This document shows, piece after piece, positions 33,221 to 43,590 of a DNA stretch of 64,000 bases. The stretch's first letter is position 1; each line of letters opens with the position of its first letter. The notes under the pieces were generated by a model. It did no database searches, was not told the origin of the DNA, and saw only the letters and a list, made by a program, of their open reading frames with translations. Origin of the DNA: an uncultured Acidobacteriota bacterium (GTDB taxonomy: Bacteria; Acidobacteriota; Thermoanaerobaculia; Multivoradales; JAHEKO01); the NCBI GenBank assembly GCA_963713825.1, contig CAVQNG010000003.1, positions 736,001 to 800,000 of the forward strand, read 5' to 3'. The position numbers and the translations under genes were made by a program.

Positions 33221-34600
33221 CTACGGACGGTCGAGATCCAACTCTCGGGTCTGTTGCTCCGTCGCCAGCACGGTGGCCAATGGCTGCCGTTCGTTGATCA
33301 CCGTCGCCCCATCCCCATCCACCAGGACCTCAGCCGGCCGGCCGTGATCGTTGTAGTTGGAGACCATGGACATTCCATAGGCACCGGCCGAGAAGATGGT
33401 CACGAGGTCACCCCGCGCCATCGGCGGGAGCTGTCGATTCCTGGCCAAGAAGTCTCCCGTCTCGCAGATGGGTCCCACGACATCACAGGTTTCGAGACCT
33501 GGCAGCCCGGGATCCTCGAGGAGCCTTGGAGCCTCCCCGGTCCAGGCGACTGGCCAGACAAAATGGAAGGCGCGGTAAAGGGCCGGCCGGATCAGGCTGT
33601 GCATACCGGCGTCACAGATCACAAAGGTCTTGCCCCGCCCTTTCTTGACGTGCTGTACGCGGGTGACCAGGACGCCGGAATTGGCCATGATGCAGCGACC
33701 CGGCTCCATCAAGACCTGCAGGCCCTTCTGGGTGCGCTCAGCAAGCAACGGCACGAGTCGCTCCGCATAGTCCTCCAGCGGTGGTACCTCACCCTCGACA
33801 TAGTTGATCGGCCAACCACCGCCGAGATCCAGCACCTCGATCTTGTGTCCGCGGCGCTCGAGCTCGTCGACCAGTTCGAGCAGCACCTCGACAGCTTCGG
33901 CAAAGGGCTCGACTTTCGGTACTGGAGAGCCGATATGGACGTGCAGCCCCACCAGGTCGACGCCTCTGTCCCGGCCCCAGGCATCGAAGATCTCTGGGAT
34001 CTGGTGGGCGTCGATGCCGAATTTGTTCTCTTCCTTCCCCGTTGTCGTGTACTCGTGCGTGTGGGGGTCGACATCGGGGTTGACTCGCAGACAGACCCGG
34101 GGTCTGACGCCGAGCTCGTTGCCCCAGTAGGCGATGCGCTCGAGCTCCGAAGTGGATTCCGCGTTGAGGATGCCAACCGGGCCCCGGCTCTCGGGCTCAC
34201 GCTCCGGCAGTCCGGAAATGCCCTCCAGTGTGTGAAAGCGCCCATCGAGGGCCGAGCGAATCTCTTCGTCGGTCTTACCAACACCGGCGAAGACCATGCC
34301 AGCTGTTGGCGCTCCGGCAAACCAGGCCCGGTCGAGCTCGCCTCCCGAGACCACGTCCATGCCGGCGCCCAGGTCGTGCATGAGGCGACACAAGTGGAGA
34401 TTGGGGCTGGACTTGACTGCATATTGAAAGCGCACTCCCAGAGGGGAAAAAGCCGCCTCCAGCCGGCGATAGGCGGCTCGGATCGCCGTCGCCGAGTAGA
34501 TATAGGTCGGTGTCCCGACCGAATCGACGATCGCTGGGATGGGCACCCCGTCTGCGTGTAGAACTCCGTTCTGATAAACGAATGCCTCGATGTCTTTCAT
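33221..34600 (-). CDS. lysA: Diaminopimelate decarboxylase
   Basis: YAVKS, DVVSGGE, LRVNP, KFG, HVHIGS, EPGR, GPICETGD, GAYG. Confidence 0.93.
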   Translation of the reverse strand: MKDIEAFVYQNGVLHADGVPIPAIVDSVGTPTYIYSATAIRAAYRRLEAAFSPLGVRFQYAVKSSPNLHLCRLMHDLGAGMDVVSGGELDRAWFAGAPTAGMVFAGVGKTDEEIRSALDGRFHTLEGISGLPEREPESRGPVGILNAESTSELERIAYWGNELGVRPRVCLRVNPDVDPHTHEYTTTGKEENKFGIDAHQIPEIFDAWGRDRGVDLVGLHVHIGSPVPKVEPFAEAVEVLLELVDELERRGHKIEVLDLGGGWPINYVEGEVPPLEDYAERLVPLLAERTQKGLQVLMEPGRCIMANSGVLVTRVQHVKKGRGKTFVICDAGMHSLIRPALYRAFHFVWPVAWTGEAPRLLEDPGLPGLETCDVVGPICETGDFLARNRQLPPMARGDLVTIFSAGAYGMSMVSNYNDHGRPAEVLVDGDGATVINERQPLATVLATEQQTRELDLDRP

Positions 34601-34640
34601 GGGATAACCCTACCTCGTGTGCTTGTTGGTCAGTCGCCGG

Positions 34641-36089
34641 TCAGCGCGCTACCGGATACAGATACTCATACCGTCGTCGGATCCGTTCGACGCCGCCCGC
34701 GTCATTCATTTCGAAGACCACCAGCTCGCCGTCCGACATCTTGAAGGTGTTGCCCCCGGCAGGCTCGAGTCGTGTCAGGCCCTCGGTCGCATCATCTTCC
34801 GGCGGATAGTTGTGCGAGTAAAGTGCCAGTCCGTCGTCGAGGATCATGACCTGGTACTCCCAGCCCCACGGATCGGTGTAGACACCCAGGTACCCCTGCC
34901 AGGCGGGATCGACGCGTCTCTCAGCTGGAGCTACTGCTGTGCTCTCGGTAATGGCGTCTCCAACCAGGTCGAGCGCCTGGTAGCTGAACAGATAGGGGCT
35001 TGCATCGTCGGCGTTGACCATGGCGATGATGGCGAGATTCTCATCCGGCGCCAGAAGGAAGTGGGTCCTGTTGCCGCCGATCCACCCTCCGTGGGAGACG
35101 AGAGTCTTCTCGTTTCGCCGGGAGATTCCGAATCCCAGGCCGCGCCCTCCCGTCCAACTGGAGTAGACCCAGTGCGAACGCTGCATCTCATGCAGGGTGC
35201 TGGGCTTGACAACTTCGCTGTCACCGGACTCTGGGGCCGCGCTCAGATGCAGCGTTGCGAAACGAGTCATATCATCTACAGACGAGACAATGTTGGCGGC
35301 CGGCGCCATTGCATTGGTCTCGTAGTACTCCATCTCTCGTCGGCTGCCATCGGCCTGCCGCCGCATGTAGGCCGTCGCCATCCTCTGGCGGTCCTCGTCA
35401 GCGGGAATGACGACGGACTGATTCATCCCCAGGGGCTCGAAGATGTGCTGCTGGATGTACTCCGCATAGCTCTGCCCGGAAGCAGCAACCACGACCTCTC
35501 CCAATAGGGCCATCCCCAGGTTCGAGTACTTATAGGTCTTGTCTGGAGGGTAGATCGCGGATTGCGTGCGAACGGCGGCGATCAACTCTTCGGTCGAAGG
35601 AAACTCGTGCGTCGTCCAGTAGGGAAAAGCAGCCTCCCGCGGCAGGCCCGCCGTGTGGGTCAGCAGGTGCCGCAGAGTGATCTCGGGCGCACCTTCGAAA
35701 GTGCTTCGCAGCTCGAATCCGGGAAGGTGACGAGTCACCGGGTCATCGAGTCGCAGCTTGCCCTGGTCGCGCAGTTGCAGGATCGCCGTGGCGGTGAAGA
35801 GCTTGGTGACCGAGCCGAGCCGAAAGAGCGTCGCCGGAGTCACGGGGTCTTGTGACTCCAGATCTTCGACGCCATAGCCCTTCGACCAGATCACCTCCTG
35901 GTCATGGACGATGCCGATGGCCAGGCCCGGGATCTGTTGGTAGGCCATCTGCTCCTGGATCCAGAGATCCAACAGGCTCACGGCGTCCCGAACCTGTCGG
36001 TGCTCTTCCAGAAAGTCGGCAGCTCGAGCAATCGCCGGCAGCACCAGAAGCAGAAGCGTCAGAAGGACGGGGGATCTTGCTCTCAACAC
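34641..36089 (-). CDS. Class C beta-lactamase-like (AmpH/AmiE) serine hydrolase, secreted
   Basis: Signal peptide; SVTK, LLTHTAG, YSN, HGG. Confidence 0.88.
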   Translation of the reverse strand: MLRARSPVLLTLLLLVLPAIARAADFLEEHRQVRDAVSLLDLWIQEQMAYQQIPGLAIGIVHDQEVIWSKGYGVEDLESQDPVTPATLFRLGSVTKLFTATAILQLRDQGKLRLDDPVTRHLPGFELRSTFEGAPEITLRHLLTHTAGLPREAAFPYWTTHEFPSTEELIAAVRTQSAIYPPDKTYKYSNLGMALLGEVVVAASGQSYAEYIQQHIFEPLGMNQSVVIPADEDRQRMATAYMRRQADGSRREMEYYETNAMAPAANIVSSVDDMTRFATLHLSAAPESGDSEVVKPSTLHEMQRSHWVYSSWTGGRGLGFGISRRNEKTLVSHGGWIGGNRTHFLLAPDENLAIIAMVNADDASPYLFSYQALDLVGDAITESTAVAPAERRVDPAWQGYLGVYTDPWGWEYQVMILDDGLALYSHNYPPEDDATEGLTRLEPAGGNTFKMSDGELVVFEMNDAGGVERIRRRYEYLYPVAR

Positions 36090-36132
36090 AAATGCCGCTC
36101 CTTTCTACGCACTGTCTCGGGCGACCCGGGAC

Positions 36133-37782
36133 TCAATGGCCGCCAACCCATCCGGGGCCCTTGACGAACCGGCCCGGCATGGCCCCGGTGTGTTCACCTT
36201 CCTTCAAAACCTGCTCGCCGTTGACGAAGACATGGATGACACCGGTCGCCAACTGGTGGGGCTCCTCGAAGGTCGCTCGGTCGATCACCGCTGCGGGGTC
36301 GAATACGACCACGTCGGCGAAGGCGTCCGGCGCCAGCTTGCCGCGGCCTTCCAGCTTCAGGTTGCTCGCTGGCAAACCTGTCAGGCGATGGATCGCCTCT
36401 TCGAGCGAGATGACCCCCTCCTCGCGTACGTACTTGCCGAGCAGTCGGGCAAACGAGCCGTAGGCCCGTGGGTGGGGTTGGGAGTTGGTGAAAGGCGGCT
36501 CGGGTGCCAGCGAGGCGGAGTCGGAGCAGAAGCTGACCCATGGCAGCGCGATTTTTCGGCGAATGTTGTCCTCGTTCATCGTGAACCGCACGGTGCCGAT
36601 TCGACTGTCGTCCTCGATGACCAGATCCATCGTCGTGACGACGGGAGAGGTACCCCGCATCGCGGCCACTTCGGCCAGGGTCTTGCCCGTCAGATGGCGC
36701 AGGTCTTCATTGCGAAAGCTCACCAGAAGAATGTCCTCCGGGGGAATCATCTCGGTCTCGGCGATGACACGCTCGCGAACGGCAGGATCTTTGAGGCGCG
36801 CGGTGCGTTCCTCGTGATCGCCCTCCTTCACCCAGGCTGGTAGGTCGTAATTCAGGCCCGTCGAGCTTGCATGGTAGGTGTAGATGTCAGCGGTGACGGC
36901 AAGCCCTTCCTGCCGTGCCGCCTCGATCAGTGCCACAACGTCGTCGAGCTTGTCCCAGTTGCGCTTGTGCGACACCTTCAGGTGGTAGATCTCGCCGCGG
37001 ACGCCAGCCTCCCGGACGATCGTCACGAACTCCTCGAGGGCTGCGAAGATCTCGTCGCCCTCGTTGCGGATATGGGAGATGTACATGCCGTCGTGCTCGG
37101 CCGCCACCCGGGCCAAGGCGATCAACTCCTCCGTCGAAGCGAACGGCGCCGGAATATAGGGCAGCGAGGAGCCCACTCCCACAGCGCCCTCCTCCATGGC
37201 TTCCCGTACGAGTTGCAGCATCGCGTCGAGTTCCTCAGGCGTCGGATCCCGATCCTCGTATCCCATCTCGTGGATCCGCACCGTCGCAGCACCCACGAAT
37301 GACGCAACGTTGGTGGAGATGCCACGAGCCTCCAGGTGCTGCAGATACTCGCCCAGCGTCGTCCAGTCGACGTCGAACTCGATGTCGCTTTGGCGCTCGA
37401 CCATCTCCTGCTTCATGGTCTCGTTGAGCGGCCCCATCGAGTTTCCCTCACCCATGACCTCCAGCGTCACCCCTTGGCGGATGTCGCTCATGGAGCGCCC
37501 ATCCTGGATCAGCGATTCATTGGCCCAGCTCAGCATATTGATGAAGCCGGGCGCGACGGCCAGCCCGCTGGCGTCGATCTCGGCTCGGCCGGCGTGACCC
37601 TTCAAGTCACCGACCGCCACGATACGGTCGCCATCAATGGCCAGATCGCCCACGACGGGCGGCCCTCCGCTGCCGTCATAGAGGGTGCCCCCGCGGATGA
37701 CGACGTCGACTTCCTTCTTGCCACAGGCGCTGATCAGAAGAAGCGCTGACGGAATCACCAGCGCCAGAACGAGACTCTTCAT
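36133..37782 (-). CDS. N-acyl-D-amino-acid deacylase (amidohydrolase), lipoprotein
   Basis: Lipobox ISAC; DGSG, APGFI, HIR, HPRAYG, ADVVVFDP; GAGGGGG RBS before ATG 37782. Confidence 0.88.
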   Translation of the reverse strand: MKSLVLALVIPSALLLISACGKKEVDVVIRGGTLYDGSGGPPVVGDLAIDGDRIVAVGDLKGHAGRAEIDASGLAVAPGFINMLSWANESLIQDGRSMSDIRQGVTLEVMGEGNSMGPLNETMKQEMVERQSDIEFDVDWTTLGEYLQHLEARGISTNVASFVGAATVRIHEMGYEDRDPTPEELDAMLQLVREAMEEGAVGVGSSLPYIPAPFASTEELIALARVAAEHDGMYISHIRNEGDEIFAALEEFVTIVREAGVRGEIYHLKVSHKRNWDKLDDVVALIEAARQEGLAVTADIYTYHASSTGLNYDLPAWVKEGDHEERTARLKDPAVRERVIAETEMIPPEDILLVSFRNEDLRHLTGKTLAEVAAMRGTSPVVTTMDLVIEDDSRIGTVRFTMNEDNIRRKIALPWVSFCSDSASLAPEPPFTNSQPHPRAYGSFARLLGKYVREEGVISLEEAIHRLTGLPASNLKLEGRGKLAPDAFADVVVFDPAAVIDRATFEEPHQLATGVIHVFVNGEQVLKEGEHTGAMPGRFVKGPGWVGGH

Positions 37783-37887
37783 GGTTGGTCCCCCCTCGCT
37801 CGAGAAAGCATAGACTACCAGCCGGGAGGCGCTTCGCGACACCGCCATGCCGCGCAATTCGCACCGTTTTAGATTCCGGAGATTTCC

Positions 37888-39543
37888 TTGGTGATCAGGC
37901 TTTCTACTCTGTTTTTCGCCGCACTGCTGTCTTTCGCAGCGCACGGTTTCACCCCTCAGGAGCTGTGGCAAGACTGGCCGGAGGAACGCTTCGAGACGGC
38001 CGTCGCGCCCTGCCTGCGCCACGCCCAGTTGATGCAGAGCTTGCAAGCTCTGCAGTCCCGGTTTCCGGACAGCCTGCAAATCGAGACAGTCGGAGAGTCC
38101 TTCCTGGGACGCTCCATCCGCATGGTCACCCTGGGGCGGGGAGAGAGGAAGATCCTGCTCTGGTCGCAGATGCACGGCGACGAGCCCTCGGCCACCCCGG
38201 CCCTACTCGACATCGCCCACTATCTTCTCGAGCATCGGCAAGAGCCGGCCTCTCAATCGATCCTCGACAGCTTCACCCTGCTGATGATCCCGATGCTCAA
38301 CCCTGACGGCGCCGAGATCTACCAAAGACGCAATGCTCAGGCGATCGACATCAACCGTGACGCGCTGAATCTGGTCACTCCCGAGGGGAGAATTCTCAAG
38401 CGGGTGCGAGATGAGCACGAGCCCATGCTGGGCTTCAACCTGCACGACCAGAACCGCCGCACTGCCGTCGGTGACACGGGCCTCCTGGCGACCAATGCGG
38501 TCCTGGCTGTGGCCGGTGATCCGGAGAACACGCTGACACCCGGCCGGCTCCGGGCCAAACGTGCCTGCGCGGCAATCGTCGAGGCTCTGGCCCCTTTCAT
38601 GCCTGGCGGGATGGCGCGCTACGACGAAGATTGGAGCCCGCGGGCCTTCGGCGACAACCTGACCGCCTGGGGAACGCCAGTGGTGCTGATCGAGAGTGGC
38701 GGTATACCGTCCGGGCATGATTTCACGGTGCTGACACGTCTCAATTTCGTGGCCATTCTCACCGCTCTCGAAGGTCTGGCCCGAGACGATCTTGCCGGCT
38801 ACGACCCGCGTGTTTACGAGGACCTCCTACGCAACCAATCCAACTCGTGGTCCGACGTCGTCGTTCGCGACGCCTACGTCCTGCAACCTGGCACCACTCG
38901 GGCCTACCGGGCCGATCTCGCTTTCGATCGCCTCCGCAGCGACCGTCAGGATGTCGGCTGCTCCCAAGGTGCCACTGTGCGCTCGCGGATCTCCGAGATC
39001 GGAGATGCTCGCTTCCTGGGGGCAGGAGAGAGCCTGGAGGCCAATGACAGCCTGTTGCTGGCTCCGTTCGAAGTCGGCGTCGAGGGGTGGTCAGCCCGCA
39101 AGTGGCTCGATGAAGCCCGTCTCGCCCGCCTCGCCGACCTTGGGGTCGGAACTCTCTACTGGTCGGTCAACCAGCGTCGCAGCGCGGCGGCGCGTAACCT
39201 CGCCAACCAGTCGAGGGCCAGCGGCCTGCCCAGCATCGAGGTTGTAACAGCACCTTCCCCCTTGCCAACGCTGGTCCTCTCGGGACCGCCAGGAGAAGCG
39301 GCATCGGCATCACTCGCCGCCGTCCTCGAGGCACTGGGAGCCGAAGGATGGAACACCTTGGAACAGCTACAGGCTCTCTGGGTACAGCGGCCCGGTACCG
39401 AGCCCAACCCTCCCCGTCTGCGGCAGGGACTGGCGGCCTCGTTTCTCCTCCTTTCGCCCGCACCCGAGGGTCGCGTCGATTTCACCAAAGCCCGCCTGAC
39501 CGCCGTCTGGCTCGATGGCCACAAGATCGAAGGGACGCCGTGA
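37888..39543 (+). CDS. M14 zinc carboxypeptidase-family protein (MpaA-like), secreted
   Basis: Signal peptide; HGDE, NPDG, DINRD, NLHDQ. Confidence 0.85.
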   Translation: MVIRLSTLFFAALLSFAAHGFTPQELWQDWPEERFETAVAPCLRHAQLMQSLQALQSRFPDSLQIETVGESFLGRSIRMVTLGRGERKILLWSQMHGDEPSATPALLDIAHYLLEHRQEPASQSILDSFTLLMIPMLNPDGAEIYQRRNAQAIDINRDALNLVTPEGRILKRVRDEHEPMLGFNLHDQNRRTAVGDTGLLATNAVLAVAGDPENTLTPGRLRAKRACAAIVEALAPFMPGGMARYDEDWSPRAFGDNLTAWGTPVVLIESGGIPSGHDFTVLTRLNFVAILTALEGLARDDLAGYDPRVYEDLLRNQSNSWSDVVVRDAYVLQPGTTRAYRADLAFDRLRSDRQDVGCSQGATVRSRISEIGDARFLGAGESLEANDSLLLAPFEVGVEGWSARKWLDEARLARLADLGVGTLYWSVNQRRSAAARNLANQSRASGLPSIEVVTAPSPLPTLVLSGPPGEAASASLAAVLEALGAEGWNTLEQLQALWVQRPGTEPNPPRLRQGLAASFLLLSPAPEGRVDFTKARLTAVWLDGHKIEGTP

Positions 39544-42500
39544 TGCGCCGATTCCTCCGCACGACCTGCCTACTCTCGACTCTGCTTGCGGTAGCTCTAG
39601 CGCTGCCTGTCGTCGAGACCGCAGCTGTTCCCGTCTCCGACACCAATACCCAGACGCTCTCACCCCTGCCCCTTTCGAAGTCGGCCCGCAAATGGGTCAA
39701 TTCCACACTTGGGGATTTGAGCCTGGAAGAGAAAGCGGCTCAGTTGGTCATGGTCCGAGCCCATGGCCTCTACCAGAACCCTGCCTCGGAGTCGTCTCGG
39801 GAACTGGTGTCCGAGGTGCGAGATCTCGGTGTTGGTGGCCTGGTTGTCTTCCGCTCGGAGCTGGAGAGCATTCCCCGTCTGCTCAACGAGCTCCAAGCCG
39901 CGGCCACGGTTCCTCTGCTGGTGTCGGCCGACGTCGAAAGGGGCATGGCATTTCGCGTTCCCGAAGGCACCGTTCCCCTGCCGTGGGCCATGGCTGTCGG
40001 GGCGAGCCGCTCGGAGGCTGCGGCGCGCTTCACCGGCGAAGTAACCGCCCGAGAGGGACGTGCCCTGGGAATTCACTGGGCTCTCGCCCCTGTGGCCGAC
40101 GTCAACAACAACCCTGCCAATCCGGTCATCAACATCCGCTCCTACGGTGAAGACCCGGAGCTCGTGTCGCGAATGGTGCGGTCCTACATCGAGGGCGCGC
40201 GACAGGGCGGCATGTTGACAACCGCGAAGCACTTTCCTGGCCATGGGGACACCTCGACGGATAGTCACCACGAACGTCCCGTGGTCGGCGTCGACCGCGA
40301 GCGCCTGGAAGCTGTCGAGTTGCTTCCCTTCCGTGCGGCGGTTGCGGCGGGCGTCGACTCGATCATGACCGCCCATGTGGCGTTGCCTGCCATCGATGCC
40401 TCGGGCGCGCCAGCAACGCTGTCACCAGCCATTTCGCACGCCTTGCTACGTGACGAGCTTGGCTTCACCGGGCTTGTCGTCACCGATGCTCTGGAGATGG
40501 CCGGCATCCGGCCGGCTTGGGCCGGCGAGGCTGCCGTGCGCTCCGTTCTGGCTGGGGCAGATGTCGTTCTCCTGCCTTCCGACGTCCGGGTCGCCATCCA
40601 ATCCCTGGTTCGAGCCATTGAAGAAGGACAACTGACCGAAGAGCGCCTCGACGCTTCGGTGCGACGAATTCTCGAGACGAAAGCGCGACTGGGCCTACAC
40701 AAGAACCGCCTGGTGAACCGAGAGGCACTCGGACAAAGCGTGGCTCGCCCGCAAGATCTGGAGCGCGCCCTCGAGGTAGCCAAAGCCTCCGTCACGGTAG
40801 TTCGCAACGAGAGCGACATCCTGCCTCTCCTGGCCGAGAAGCCCTTGCGGATCCTCCATGTCGTCATCTCCACCGGTCTGCGCGATCGGGCCATCCAGGG
40901 GCTACCCGAAGCCGAGCTCAGGACCCGCGGTATCGAGACCAGGACCTTCACTCTGGGGCGCGAAGTCTCGCCCGAAACGATGGACAGGATCCTCGAGGCG
41001 GCTCCCGACTACACCCACGTGCTGGTTTCCTCCTTCATCTGGGTGCGGTCTTCGGACGACCTGTCTCCCAGCCAGGCCCGTTTGATCCATCGTCTCGGAG
41101 AGACCGGGACGCCGGTCATCGTTCTATCCTTCGGCAGCCCCTACTTCCTCGCCGAAATCCCCGAGGTCCCGGTCTTCGTCACCACGTATGGCTCGGCGGC
41201 TTCGAGTCAGAGGGCGGCGATCGCGGCCCTCTTCGGAGAGTTCGCTGTCCGCGGCAAGCTGCCGGTGACCTTGCCGGACCTCTACCCCTACGGCCACGGC
41301 GTCGAGTTGGCCCAACGCGCGATGACGCTGCCGCAGGCGGTGCCGGATGAAGTTGGCTTTCGACCCGGCGGCTTCGAAGAAGTGGATCGGGTTCTCCAGG
41401 CGTTCCTCGACCAGAAGGCGTTTCCGGGCGGAGTCCTCGCTGTCGGCTACCAGGGAACCCTGGCCTATCTCCAGCCCTTCGGCCGGCTTTCCTACGACGA
41501 CGAAGCGCCGGAGGTCACGGTCGACACCATCTACGACCTTGCCAGCCTGACCAAGGTGGTCGCTACCACGATCATGGCCATGATCCTGGTGGACGAAGGG
41601 GCTTTGGAGCTAGACAAACCGGTCGTGGACTACCTGCCTCTGTTCTTGGGTTCTGGCAAGGAAGACGTCACCGTCCGCCAGTTGCTGACCCACTCCTCGG
41701 GTCTCGTGGCCTACGGAGATCTGTACAACGAGGTGAGCGGTAAGAAGGCCTATCTGGAGCGGATCCAGGGCATGGAACTGGACTACGAGCCGGGTTCCAA
41801 GTCGGTCTACAGCGACTACGGGATGATCCTCCTGGGTGAAATCCTGGAGCGGGTGGCAGGACGGCCCATGGATGTCTTCCTCGAAGAGAGGGTCTACGGG
41901 CCCCTGGGGATGACCGACACCGGTTTCCTACCCGGTGACGACCTGCTCGAACGCATCGCGCCGACAGAGGACGACCCTTGGCGCGGCTACATGGTGCGCG
42001 GAGAGGTGCACGACGAGAACGCCCACGCCTTGGGTGGCATCGCACCACATGCGGGCCTTTTCAGCACGGCCACAGACCTGGCCCGGTACCTCCAGATGAT
42101 CTTGAACGGCGGGGTCTTCGAGCACAAGAGGATCGTCTCGCGCAGGATCGTCGAGGAGTGGACGCAGAGGGCCGAAGTTCCCGACTCGGACCGCGCCATT
42201 GGATGGGACACCAAATCAGCGGAGAACTCCTCTGCTGGGAACCTCTTCTCGCCCAACTCGTTTGGGCATCTCGGCTATACCGGCACCTCGATGTGGGTCG
42301 ACCCCGAGCGCGAGCTTTTTGTCATCCTGCTGACCAATCGGGTGCACCCGACCCGCGAGAACAACCTCATCCGACAGGTCAGACCTGCGGTAGCCGACGC
42401 CGTCGTCAAGGCTCTGGAGGAGCCTGTCGTTGAGGTCGGCCTCGAGCGAGTCGAGGCGGGTGAGCTCGACTCCCTGAAAGGCAAACGTCTCGGCCTCGTC

Positions 42501-43571
42501 GTCCACGCCGCCTCCGTCACGGACAACGGCCGACACGCCATTGACGTGCTGCGCGAGCAGGATCTCGACGTAGTGCGGCTCTTCTCGCCTGAGCACGGAT
42601 TGCGGGGCAGGGCGGCGGCCGGCGAGCACGTCGCGAGCGGTGTCGATGCGGTCAGCGGATTGCCTGTGGTGAGCCTCTACGGCGACCAGAAGCGGCCATC
42701 TCCCGCCTCTCTGGCCGATTTGGATGCGCTGGTGTTCGATCTACAGGGTGCCGGAGTCCGCTTCTACACCTACGTCAGCACCCTGATCCACTGCCTGGAG
42801 GCCGCAGCAGAGGCCGGCCTGGAGCTCATCGTGCTGGACCGCCCCAACCCCTTGGGAGGGGCTCGAATCGAAGGCCCGGTCAGCGCGCCCCGAGACCTGG
42901 TGCCAGCCTCGTTTGTCAATCTGGCGCCAGGGCCATTGGTGCACGGGATGACGCTCGGTGAGATGGCTCGCTTTGTCAATTCCCGTCTCGAGGTTCCGGC
43001 CCGCTTGACCGTCGTTCCCATGCTCGGATGGAACCGCAACATGGTCTGGGCGGACACCGGGCGGGACTGGATCTCTCCGTCACCCAATCTGAGGAGTGCC
43101 GAAGCCGCCCTGGCCTATCCCGGCACCGCGCTGCTGGAAGCGACCAATCTCTCCGAGGGACGCGGGACGCCGGACCCTTTCCTGTTGTTCGGAGCCCCCT
43201 GGCTGAGGCCCGACGAGCTCCAGTTGTCGGTACCGGGCTTCGCCCTCGAAGCCGCTCGCTTCACGCCCGTGGCTTCCAAGGCGGCGCCCCGCCCGAAGTT
43301 TCTTGACCAGTCATGCGTTGGCCGACGGGTTCGAATCATCGATGCCCATGCTGCGGAGCCTTACTCCTTGGGCATAGCCCTACTGCATGCGTCGATGGGT
43401 CGCGCCGAGTTCGAGTGGCTGAAAAACGGCGACAATCTCACTTCGTTGCTGGGAACACCCAGGGTGCTCGAAGACCTGAAGGTTGGAAGATCCATCGAGG
43501 AGATCCTGGCGGCGGATAGCGCCGACCACGACGCCTGGCGCGAGACCCGAAAGGGCGCCCTTCTCTACTAG
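39543..43571 (+). CDS. Triple fusion: GH3 beta-N-acetylglucosaminidase (NagZ) + serine hydrolase (AmiE-like) + DUF1343 exo-beta-N-acetylmuramidase (NamZ)
   Basis: Signal peptide; KHFPGHGDTSTDSH; ASLTK/YSD/HLG; FSPEHG, RFYTY, DRPNP, PSPN, SEGRGT. ATG overlaps the M14 stop. Confidence 0.92.
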   Translation: MRRFLRTTCLLSTLLAVALALPVVETAAVPVSDTNTQTLSPLPLSKSARKWVNSTLGDLSLEEKAAQLVMVRAHGLYQNPASESSRELVSEVRDLGVGGLVVFRSELESIPRLLNELQAAATVPLLVSADVERGMAFRVPEGTVPLPWAMAVGASRSEAAARFTGEVTAREGRALGIHWALAPVADVNNNPANPVINIRSYGEDPELVSRMVRSYIEGARQGGMLTTAKHFPGHGDTSTDSHHERPVVGVDRERLEAVELLPFRAAVAAGVDSIMTAHVALPAIDASGAPATLSPAISHALLRDELGFTGLVVTDALEMAGIRPAWAGEAAVRSVLAGADVVLLPSDVRVAIQSLVRAIEEGQLTEERLDASVRRILETKARLGLHKNRLVNREALGQSVARPQDLERALEVAKASVTVVRNESDILPLLAEKPLRILHVVISTGLRDRAIQGLPEAELRTRGIETRTFTLGREVSPETMDRILEAAPDYTHVLVSSFIWVRSSDDLSPSQARLIHRLGETGTPVIVLSFGSPYFLAEIPEVPVFVTTYGSAASSQRAAIAALFGEFAVRGKLPVTLPDLYPYGHGVELAQRAMTLPQAVPDEVGFRPGGFEEVDRVLQAFLDQKAFPGGVLAVGYQGTLAYLQPFGRLSYDDEAPEVTVDTIYDLASLTKVVATTIMAMILVDEGALELDKPVVDYLPLFLGSGKEDVTVRQLLTHSSGLVAYGDLYNEVSGKKAYLERIQGMELDYEPGSKSVYSDYGMILLGEILERVAGRPMDVFLEERVYGPLGMTDTGFLPGDDLLERIAPTEDDPWRGYMVRGEVHDENAHALGGIAPHAGLFSTATDLARYLQMILNGGVFEHKRIVSRRIVEEWTQRAEVPDSDRAIGWDTKSAENSSAGNLFSPNSFGHLGYTGTSMWVDPERELFVILLTNRVHPTRENNLIRQVRPAVADAVVKALEEPVVEVGLERVEAGELDSLKGKRLGLVVHAASVTDNGRHAIDVLREQDLDVVRLFSPEHGLRGRAAAGEHVASGVDAVSGLPVVSLYGDQKRPSPASLADLDALVFDLQGAGVRFYTYVSTLIHCLEAAAEAGLELIVLDRPNPLGGARIEGPVSAPRDLVPASFVNLAPGPLVHGMTLGEMARFVNSRLEVPARLTVVPMLGWNRNMVWADTGRDWISPSPNLRSAEAALAYPGTALLEATNLSEGRGTPDPFLLFGAPWLRPDELQLSVPGFALEAARFTPVASKAAPRPKFLDQSCVGRRVRIIDAHAAEPYSLGIALLHASMGRAEFEWLKNGDNLTSLLGTPRVLEDLKVGRSIEEILAADSADHDAWRETRKGALLY

Positions 43572-43590
43572 TTATTCCTGCGGGCTCTCA

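Noticed and set aside
33254-34561. 435-aa antisense ORF to lysA, and similar ones at 18508, 26593, 27946, 47380 and 61671
   Set aside because: Antisense shadows of well-supported genes.
31990-36089. Antibiotic-resistance island (beta-lactamase-like genes beside an IS)
   Set aside because: A single IS sits in an intergenic repeat with no composite transposon, and the context favours murein peptidases.
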